Below the pieces are notes generated by a model that was not told the origin of the DNA, searched no databases, and saw only the letters and a program-made list of their open reading frames with translations. Below are positions 1-7,828 of a stretch of 15,476 bases of DNA, piece by piece. The translations under genes were made by a program, and so were the position numbers. This DNA comes from Paraspadella gotoi. Lineage: Eukaryota > Animalia > Chaetognatha. The stretch spans positions 1 to 15,476 of the forward strand of contig JBJCIZ010000169.1 in the NCBI GenBank assembly GCA_051294375.1, given 5' to 3'. Every line of letters starts with the position of its first letter. Position 1 is the stretch's first letter.

Positions 1-213
1 CGGGAAAAAGAAAGAAGAGAGTCGCTAAAAAGGAGGAAAGCAGAATGCATCGAGACAATGGAGCTGGAACGGGAAAACGGATCTGAAAGGTTTTTCGTTG
101 AAATCTTGAACAGAACGAAAAAAGACGAGGAAGAAAACAATGAAAAAATAAAAATGTTAGAGAGAATGATAAAACTAAAATCATTAAGAAAGAAAGGAAA
201 AGTCGCACATTAA
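1..213 (+). CDS. g2 C-terminal part (copy A), Lys/Glu-rich coiled-coil-like protein, 5'-partial
   Basis: Frame open from base 1: REKERRESLKRRKAECIETMELE...SLRKKGKVAH, TAA 211-213; bridges the two frames seen in copy B. Confidence 0.65.
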   Translation, partial: REKERRESLKRRKAECIETMELERENGSERFFVEILNRTKKDEEENNEKIKMLERMIKLKSLRKKGKVAH

Positions 214-318
214 GACGAAAAGTTGAATGACATAAAATCAAATCGTAAAACGTTGTTTATTATTTACGCATTCAGCAATTTACAGAAAGAAAAAGTCACC
301 AAATTCCGAGACGAAAGC

Positions 319-600
319 ATGAAACGAGTCCTGAGCGCCGATAGCACACCGCAATCGGTTGAAGACGCGCTACGAATGATGGCATCATTTGAAAAATACA
401 AAGAGGAGGAAATCAAAAAATACAAAGACTCGCCAGACAAATCAAAAGAAGTGAAAAAAGATTTGACCGAACATTCGGATGAACTACAAAGGTGGTCTGA
501 GGTACGGTACGAACAAGAAAAGATATTTTCTAACTTCAGAAAAGCCATGAGAAGTCATACCAAAGGCAAAAAATATCAAAATCGCCCGGAAATGAAATAA
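319..600 (+). CDS. g3, 93-aa charged helical hypothetical protein (intact copy)
   Basis: ATG 319, MKRVLSADSTPQSVEDALRMM...NRPEMK; TAA 598-600 overlaps AATAAA; TTTACAG at 279-285 upstream, and the frame is open from that AG. Confidence 0.7.
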   Translation: MKRVLSADSTPQSVEDALRMMASFEKYKEEEIKKYKDSPDKSKEVKKDLTEHSDELQRWSEVRYEQEKIFSNFRKAMRSHTKGKKYQNRPEMK

Positions 601-669
601 ATGACTTATTGAACTATTCTTTTTCGTTAAAAAATGTTTGTTAATTTAGTTTTAGCAATAAAGAACAAT

Positions 670-1011
670 ATGGATCACGAGCAAATGAAAGAGAAACTCA
701 AACCCACCGAGACCAAGATGACGGATTCGCTGAAAGCCAAAGACGTCGAGAAACAAGATGCGAGATCGAGCCAAGCTGGACATCCCGGACAATCTTGAGC
801 ACACCTTGATGAAGCTGGAATGGAAACGAGAAATGGTTAGACAATATATATTTTCGATTACATAGCACTCGGCGTACCATTATACAAAGAATACGATGAA
901 ACAAAGTGGAGAGTTGATTACCTGAAAAGATGGAGTAAAGTCATCGAAGCGATGAAAAAATCTTTTCGAAGGAGACCAAAGACCGGAATAAAGACATTGA
1001 AATGTCGTTAA
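670..1011 (+). pseudogene. g4 copy A, frameshifted (probably sequencing indels)
   Basis: ATG 670 MDHEQMKEKLKPTETKMTDSLKAK, then indels relative to 4897-5187. Confidence 0.6.
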
Positions 1012-1217
1012 ACTCGAGTTTTAAACTGAAAAAAAGAAAAATAAGAAAATTCAAAAATTAAACGGTAAAAAGGAGGAGGAGCATTTCAAAGAAATGCGGG
1101 ATTTGACGAGAAACATTGTAAGAAAAAACAAAGTTCATCTGAAAAAGACAATCGAAAATATTGGTGTGTTACTGTTATTATTTATTTAAAAGTAAATTGT
1201 TTCAGCCACAGCAGAGA

Positions 1218-1600
1218 ATGGAAAAGTACGAAACGGACAAAATAATCGACGATCACAAAAAGGAGAGAATATTCAGAGCATGGCCAGGATGCAGTGTGAC
1301 ATGAAAGAGAGAGGAGGGCGAAGTCGGGGGATGAGTTGACAATAAGAAAGTTTTCGCGGATCGAACAAAATTGTGTTTACGAGATGTTCGTGGAACAAAT
1401 CAACGACTTCTTGGAAGGAAACGAGACGGAGAAATGCGATGAAAACGAATAAGAAGGAGACGAATGAAGAGAAGAGAGTGAGGAGAGAAATAACGAAAAC
1501 GGGATGAGAACGATCACGAAGAAGACGAGTGCCGCAACACGAGGAAGAAGACGGAGTAACGGAACAACGAAACCACCCACCTGGTTACCATATAACATTC
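1218..1600 (+). pseudogene. g5 copy A, frameshifted and 3'-truncated at the microsatellite
   Basis: ATG 1218 MEKYETDKII; matches 5395-5771 and then stops. Confidence 0.6.
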
Positions 1601-1812
1601 CTTTCCCTTTCTTTTCTTTCCTTTCTTGTTCCATCTCTCCTTTCCTTTCCCTTTCCCTTCCTTTCTCTTTCCTTCTTCCTTATCCTTTCCTTTCCTTTCC
1701 CTTTCCGTTTCCCTTTCCTTTCCTTTCCTCTTCCGTTTCCTTTCCTTAACTTTCCTTCCTGTCCTTTCCTTTCCTTTCCTTTCCTTTCCTTTTCCTTTCC
1801 TTCCTGTTCTCT
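1600..1812. repeat. Imperfect (CTTTC)n/(CCTTT)n polypyrimidine microsatellite
   Basis: Directly visible tandem cctttcctttcc repeats. Confidence 0.95.
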
Positions 1813-1924
1813 GTCTCGCTTCCTCCCACATGACCAGGCTGCCGCGATAAAAGACAGAAGACCTTGGAGGGCAAATTGAAAGAAAAAAAAAAAGCCAAAA
1901 CGAGATATCGGGCCAATGAAAAAT

Positions 1925-2045
1925 AGATCGCCGCCGCGACGTCGATCGGCGGGCCGCCGAAACGAAAAGCGGTCGCCGCCCGGCGCCGGTGGCGGCTTTC
2001 TGGCGCCACGGCGTTTTTGGAGAGTGAGGGAGGCGGCGCGAGCTC
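1925..2045. other. GC-rich patch with two imperfect palindromes
   Basis: CCGCCG-CGACGTCG-AT-CGGCGG (1931-1952) and GCCGC-CCGGCGCCGG-TGGCGGC (1975-1996). Confidence 0.6.
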
Positions 2046-2289
2046 GGGTGGACAAATTCGACAAAATTCATTTCGTGGAATTGGTTAAAACTAGATCTAT
2101 GAACATTAACTCCATTTATTAAATAAATGTTAAACTAAGCTATTTGCCTGAATTTTAACATGAGCCAATTAAAAAAAGTTGAAAAACCGATGATTCTAAA
2201 TGCATTAACTGCATAAACTAATGGATAGTCATGCATATTTATATGATACGTGACCTTTCGAGTTATCATCAAATAATTATATTTATTCC

Positions 2290-2452
2290 CTATTGGCCGA
2301 TTCCTTTGAATTTGGCACAGCGGAACTTGATTCATTGGCCCTGACCAATGACCAGTTGCACTCGCCTCCACCACATTCAGTTCTTTCCTTACCTTCCTGA
2401 GCCGTGTCGTACTCGCCTGACGAAAACGCAGCGCCTTTATTGACCACGTCAC
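2290..2452. promoter_or_regulatory. Possible promoter-type element with clustered CCAAT boxes
   Basis: ATTGG 2292-2296, ATTGG 2334-2338 and CCAAT 2345-2349 (inverted pair TCATTGG..CCAATGA), CACGTCAC near 2445. Confidence 0.25.
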
Positions 2453-2759
2453 TGGACCGTCAGTGTTCCACTAATCCCACACCTTTCTTTCCGCCTTCTA
2501 ATTTAAGGCGAAAATGGTCTCCTCGATTTCCCTCGTTATCTGAGAGAGAGAGACCGCTAAACGTCGTGTAAACAGCATGCCAGGCTAAAGATGAGGGGGG
2601 GGTTACGATGCGGAGGCAAGCGCCTTGGCTTCGCGACCGCCTCGCACAGTTGTCAAGCGGCTTCTTTACACAAAATCGAAAGGATGGAAAAACAATAAAA
2701 CCTTCTGATTGGATGGATGGTTACGGAGAGGAGAGAAAGCCGCGGGGCTGGCAGAGAGG

Positions 2760-2856
2760 AAGACTGCAGAGGGAGAGATAGAGAGCGAGAGAGAATGACG
2801 AGAGAGAGAGAGAGAGAGCAAATGACGCTAGAGAGAGAAAGAGAGAGAGAGAGGAG
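2760..2856. repeat. Imperfect (GA)n microsatellite
   Basis: Visible gagagaga tracts. Confidence 0.9.
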
Positions 2857-3297
2857 CAAAGCAGAATGTTGCTTCTGTGTATTTGTTTTCAGTTTCCCTT
2901 TCGAAACATTGAGTTGAATGCAGTATTTTAAATTATTTATGACCCTCGTTGAATAGAGTTACGTCACTATTAAGTACTATTATACATAGTCTTCGAATTA
3001 ATTGTTAACAACACTATCAAACAAACAGAGAACTATTCGTTTTTTAAATGCACGGTACCCATCTATTTTTATCGCCTAAAAAAGTTACGTTAGCCATCAC
3101 CTGATGACCAATTTTCAGCAAGTTTTTTGCAAATTAAAAACCCATGAAGAATTATCACCAAGTTTGTGCAAAACTTAGGTCACCGGACCTCGAAAGTAAG
3201 AAATTCCTCTTCACTGAACCTTTTCCAGTGCGATAAAGGGAGGGGGCGTGGGCGAATGCGGTAAAGCTAATTCCTTTTCAATCTTTGGTTTGTTTAG

Positions 3298-3369
3298 TTC
3301 TCTCTTCTCTCTCTCTCTCTCTCTGCTCTCTCTCTCTCTCTCTCTCTCTCTCGCCTGCTCTCCTCTCTG
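3298..3369. repeat. (CT)n microsatellite
   Basis: Visible ctctctct tract. Confidence 0.93.
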
Positions 3370-3499
3370 TTTGTTTGTTAGTTAGTTATTTTACTCGCCT
3401 ATGATTCGTTGAGGGCTGCTTTATAATTTTGTCTTTCAGCCAATAAGAAATTGGCTTTGGTTCCTTTGAGTAACTTATGGAAGCCGAATCTTCTCTCGT

Positions 3500-3524
3500 N
3501 NNNNNNNNNNNNNNNNNNNNNNNN
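3500..3524. other. 25-N assembly gap between host-like DNA and copy B
   Basis: Exactly 25 N, the same size as 12036-12060. Confidence 0.9.
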
Positions 3525-3552
3525 CTTACCTTATCGTTTGTTTGTGTGAGAG

Positions 3553-3875
3553 AGATTCGAGAAAGAAGAACCAGGAGAAAAAAGAGAATGCAAGGTACTG
3601 GATCTGGTATTGCTGGAGAAGGAGACAAAGAAAGAAGAAGAAAAAGTAAAAGCAGAAATAGAAGCGAAAAGAATACCCAGACAAAGTTATCAGAGATCTA
3701 ACAAAAAAGTCGAGAACATGGATCGACTCAAAACCATGTTTGAAAGGGCGGAGCTGTCGTTTCCCGGAAAGAAAGAAATATTACGAGATAATGAAAAAGA
3801 GAAACAAAGAAAGAATTAACGAAACGATCGAAAAAAATAAAAAAGATAAAAAACGTCAGGGAAAAGGACAAATAA
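3553..3875 (+). CDS. g1, 5'-truncated and frameshifted Lys/Glu-rich protein (N-terminus seen only in the noisy copy from ATG 7829)
   Basis: Segments LEKETKKEEEKVKAEIEAKR / VENMDRLKTMFERAELSFP / KYYEIMKKRNKERINETIEK / KIKNVREKDK; TAA 3873-3875 overlaps AATAAA; homologous to ~7915-8263. Confidence 0.55.
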
Positions 3876-3959
3876 AAGTGAAAAATGTTTACAAATGTTT
3901 CGTTCTGACAATAGCAAAATATCAAATAGCAAAATTAATGAATTCATAGTTTTATTCAG

Positions 3960-4400
3960 ATGGATTTGGCTGAAGGATTCAGGGACAAGAAGAAAAAAGC
4001 TTGACGAAGAATGGACCAAAGGCGAAAAGATAAAGCCAACGGCGAACATCAAGAGGCGATCAACGTCACAAAACAAACTGATCTTACCGGAGATGGAACT
4101 GAAGATGGAAGAAGCGGAAACAGCAAAAAGGAAACAAGAGACGACGGATCCGGAGCTAGCATTATTACGGGAAAAAAGAAAAGAAGAGAGTCGCTAAAAA
4201 GGAGGAAAGCAGAATGCATCGAGACAATGGAGCTGGAACGGGAAAACGGATCTGAAAGGTTTTTCGTTGAAATTTTGAACAGAACGAAAAAAGACGAGGA
4301 AGAAAACAATGAAAAAATAAAAATGTTAGAGAGAATGATAAAACTAAAATCATTAAGAAAGAAAGGAAAAGAAAGTCGCACATTAAGACGAAAAAGTTGA
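3960..4400 (+). CDS. g2, ~140-145-aa Lys/Glu-rich coiled-coil-like protein (homopolymer frameshifts in this copy)
   Basis: TTTTATTCAG directly before ATG 3960; MDLAEGFRDKKK-LDEEWTKGEK...PELALLREK-ESLKRRKAECIE; extra A's near 3995 and 4172-4182; stop at 4400, or 4386 if copy A is correct. Confidence 0.6.
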
Positions 4401-4492
4401 ATGACATAAAATCAAATCGTAAAACGTTGTTTATTATTTACGCATTCAGCAATTTACAGAAAGAAAAAGTCACCAAATTCCGAGACGAAAGC

Positions 4493-4779
4493 ATGAAACG
4501 AGTCCTGGCAGCGCCATAGCACACCGCAATCGGTTGAAGACGCGCTACGAATGATGGGCATCATTTGAAAAATACAAAGAGGAGGAAAATCAAAAAAATA
4601 CAAAAGACTCGCCAGACAAATCAAAAGAAGTGAAAAAAGATTTGACCGAACATTCGGATGAACTACAAAGGTGGTCTGAGGTACGGTACGAACAAGAAAA
4701 GATATTTTCTAACTTCAGAAAAGCCATGAGAAGTCATACCAAAGGCAAAAAATATCAAAATCGCCCGGAAATGAAATAA
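4493..4779 (+). pseudogene. g3 copy B with frameshifts
   Basis: Equivalent to intact 319-600 with a few inserted bases. Confidence 0.65.
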
Positions 4780-4849
4780 ATGACTTATTGAACTATTCTT
4801 TTTTCGTTAAAAAATGTTTGTTAATTTAGTTTTAGCAATAAAGAACAAT

Positions 4850-5187
4850 ATGGATCACGAGCAAATGAAAGAGAAACTCAAACCACCGAGACCAAGATGA
4901 CGGATTCGCTGAAAGCCAAGACGTTTCGAGAACAGATGCGAGATCGAGCCAAGCTGGACATCCCGGACAATCTTGAGCACACCTTGATGAAGCTGGAATG
5001 GAACGAGAAATGGTTAGAAATATATAATTTCGATTACATAGCACTCGGCGTCCATTATACAAAGAAATACGATGAAACAAAGTGGAGAGTTGATTACCTG
5101 AAAAGATGGAGTAAAGTCATCGAAGACGATGAAAAAATCTTTTCGAAGGAGACCAAAGACCGGAATAAAGACATTGAAATGTGTTAA
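4850..5187 (+). CDS. g4, ~112-aa Trp/Tyr-containing helical hypothetical protein
   Basis: TTTTAG 4830-4835, ATG 4850; one C missing near 4883 (present in copy A) joins it to ORF 4897-5187 (MKLEWNEKWLEIYNFDYIALGVHYTKKYDETKWRVDYLKRW). Confidence 0.7.
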
Positions 5188-5394
5188 ACTCGAGTTTTAA
5201 ACTGAAAAAAAAAGAAAAATAAGAAAATTCAAAAATTAAACGGTAAAAAGGAGGAGGAGCATTTCAAAGAAATGCGGGATTGACGAGAAACATTGCTAAG
5301 AAAAAACAAAAGTCATCTGAAAAAGACAATCGAAAATATTGTGTGTTACTGTTATTATTTATTTAAAAGTAAATTGTTTCAGCCACAGCAGAGA

Positions 5395-5810
5395 ATGGAA
5401 AAGTACGAAACGGACAAAATAATCGCAGATCACAAAAAGGAGAAGGAATATTCAGAGCATGCGCCAGGATCAGTGGACATGAAAGCAAGAGGAGGGCGAA
5501 GTCGGGGGATGAGTTGACAATAGAAAGTTTTCGCGGATCGAACAAAATTGGTTTACGAGATGTTCGTGGAACAAATCAACGACTTCTTGGAAGGAAACGG
5601 AACGGGAGAAATTGCGATGAAAACGAAGAAGGAGACGATGAAGAGAAGAGAGTGAGGAGAGAAATAACGAAAACGGAGAGAACGATCACGAAGAAGACGA
5701 GTCCGCAAACGAGGAAGAAGACGATAACGAAAACGAAACAGCACCCACCTGGTTTACCCATCATAACATTCGACGAGACAGAGGAATTCGACTATCTAAT
5801 ATCCGAATAA
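5395..5810 (+). CDS. g5, ~135-aa protein with an acidic middle and Thr/Lys-rich repeats (frameshifts in this copy)
   Basis: TGTTTCAG 5375-5382, ATG 5395 MEKYETDKIIADHKKEKE; internal frame ADRTKLVYEMFVEQINDFLEGN; C-terminal EITKTERTITKKTSPQTRKKTITKTK...FDYLISE, TAA 5810. Confidence 0.6.
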
Positions 5811-5876
5811 CTCAAATAAGTGATTATTGAAATGTTTATTTGTTTGTTTAAAATTCAAAGCTTTACAGAAAAAATT

Positions 5877-6215
5877 ATGGGCGTACAGCNNNNNNNNNNA
5901 AAGACGAGGTCAGACGATGAAGACGAAGATGAAACAAGAGAAGTCGAACCACCCAGAGTTGAGAGGACGTACGAGATTGAAAGGCCGACCATATATATAG
6001 AAAGAACGGAACCAGAGACGGACGAAACAGGAGAAAGATTTAGTTTTTACGTCGATGAAACGGAAAACAATCCTGGGATAACAGAAAGAATCGAAAGACT
6101 CCACCATTACAATTGGTCCAATATCTTCAGACAGTTAGAGGAGGAAGCGAGAGAGAGAAAAGAGTTGGAGGAGAAAGAAATCTTAGAGAGCATTAGAAAC
6201 TTATTTAAAAAATGA
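5877..6215 (+). CDS. g6, 112-aa acidic hypothetical protein
   Basis: CTTTACAG 5861-5868, ATG 5877; the 10 Ns at 5890-5899 are filled exactly by aggaaccaga from 10630-10639 (MGVQQEPEKTR); TGA overlaps AATAAA. Confidence 0.75.
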   Translation: MGVQXXXXKTRSDDEDEDETREVEPPRVERTYEIERPTIYIERTEPETDETGERFSFYVDETENNPGITERIERLHHYNWSNIFRQLEEEARERKELEEKEILESIRNLFKK

Positions 6216-6353
6216 ATAAACACATTGTAAAAATGTAAAAAATTCATTGTAATATTGCGTGAAAAAAGAAAAATCAAATGCTTATTCATTGATTGATTAT
6301 GTTCATATATACAATTAAATCAATAGGTAAATACAAAATTCGTTTCCATCAAA

Positions 6354-7255
6354 ATGGCCGACTCCGTCGACATCATGAACTTGTTCGATGACAGCGACAT
6401 AGGAACACTCGAAGAACTCATGTGGTGGTCGCCGACAGCACAAGAGAGGGATACCGTCTACGGGGCGATGACTGCAGCGTCGGACTTGGAGATCTTGGAG
6501 ATCGAAACGTTGACAAGCTCCAAGCCAATGACGGACATCATTCCTCCAGCAGAGCCAACGCCATTAATTTACGCGGCCACAACAGAAGCAGCGCCTCAGC
6601 CACTGCAACAACCACCTGCCAATCCGGAAGATCCCGTGGAGAAATATCTCAAGCGCGGAGAATTGCCTCCACATCGACGGGCGATAATGGATACGTCTGT
6701 CCCGATTATCATTGGATCGGGAGACGAAAAAATGTTCATGATCGGCTATCAAATTCCGCCAGGAAAGAAGAACATGATCTATAGGATAAAAAGGGCTTGG
6801 CGAAAAGCTGCGAGGAGTAGAGGGTGGAGCGACGGGGACTTCGACGCATTGGTCGCTGCATTACGGAGAGGAGTTGATCAGGGAGTGTTGAGAGAGATGG
6901 CGTCAGTCATCAAAACGAAGCCGACGATCGAATCTGAAGCGGAAAAAGAAAAGTCGCCCGCGAGAAACATCGTCGTCAACGAGATGTCGTTGCCAACGCC
7001 GCCGACGCCAACCACCGAAGAGACGACGGAAGTGATGACGGCATCAGCGAATCCAGTTGAGCGCGTCGTCATGGACAGGAACACTTGGACGAAAAAGAAA
7101 GAAAAGGAATTATTGGAAGCAAGGGTGGAGAAGAGCGAGTTAAGGAGGAGGATAGAGAAGCTGGAGGAAGAACTAAAGAAAGAGAGAAAAGGGAGAATTG
7201 CAGCGGAGCTGATGATTGAAGTGCAACGAAAGGAAGCGGAGCAGCGTCGTGCTAC
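6354..7255 (+). CDS. g7 N-terminal ~300 aa: acidic N-terminus, Pro/Gln linker, helical core, coiled coil; continues at 14251
   Basis: Clean long ORF with strong AAAATGG context; heptad-like LLEARVEKSELRRRIEKLEEELKKE; similarity to copy C stops at 7255 and copy C runs on into the Pro-rich segment. Confidence 0.8.
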
Positions 7256-7719
7256 CACAGAGAAACAGCACGGTAGAAGAGATGAGCGCATATATAGACT
7301 TTGAAAGGCGACGAAACCGGGAGCAGTCGCAGAATATGACACATGCAACAGAGAAATTTCGAGTATTGCCCGCCCAACAGGTAATACCGCACAAACGCAT
7401 CTTACCCACTACAGGCGCAAGAACGCGTGACAGAAGAACAGAAGAGTAAGAAGTCAACTATATACATATATGAAAGAAATGAGTTGTCCGGGTCGCCTGA
7501 CCGATAGAAGAGAAGGGAAAGATGGACCAACAAAGAAGGGTGGTGGAACAACGACGACAACGATCAATTGACGTGCGCAATGCATAGATTCGGGAGAGAA
7601 TACTGCGACGAGTAGTCAACCGACGATGGAAAGAGCACCGGAATAGAGATATGTACATCGATAAAAATAAAAAGAAACGTATATATCGGCAATCGATGAG
7701 ATACGAGAGGAAAGGATAG
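7256..7719 (+). pseudogene. g0: noisy 3' part of a further gene lying upstream of g1
   Basis: Purine-rich, codon-like fragments (KFRVLPAQQVIPHKR; RWTNKEGWWNNDDNDQLTCAMHRFGREYCDE), followed by an AT-rich spacer and CAG-A-run-ATG 7829; frame cannot be resolved. Confidence 0.4.
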
Positions 7720-7828
7720 TATTATGTATTGAGCTATTAACATCAACAAATCAATTCAAGTAGTAAATTGTTTAGGCTAAAGATGTTATTCGTTTATACA
7801 TAAGCTTGTCTATGTACCAGAAAAAAAA

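Larger units (their letters stand above)
1..1600 (+). repeat. Copy A of the gene block (g2 tail, g3, g4, 5' part of g5), equivalent to 4168-5771
   Basis: Near-identical to 4168-5771 by eye (cgggaaaaag...ataacattc) with scattered 1-2 nt indels; ends abruptly against a (CTTTC)n tract. Confidence 0.95.

Noticed and set aside
1377-2122. Several overlapping ORFs (KGKERKG / FPFLS rich)
   Set aside because: They are translations of the (CTTTC)n microsatellite and the GC patch.
2653-2917. ERER / LSLS ORFs
   Set aside because: They are translations of the (GA)n repeat.
2760-3369. (GA)n and (CT)n tracts as terminal inverted repeats
   Set aside because: Complementarity is limited to simple repeat; no convincing unique-sequence match.
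4352-5820. Baculovirus-type late promoter TAAG motifs
   Set aside because: Present before only some ORFs and expected by chance in AT-rich DNA.
7256-7304. Listed C-terminus of the 316-aa ORF (TEKQHGRRDERIYRL)
   Set aside because: Lies beyond the inferred chimeric junction and is absent from copy C.
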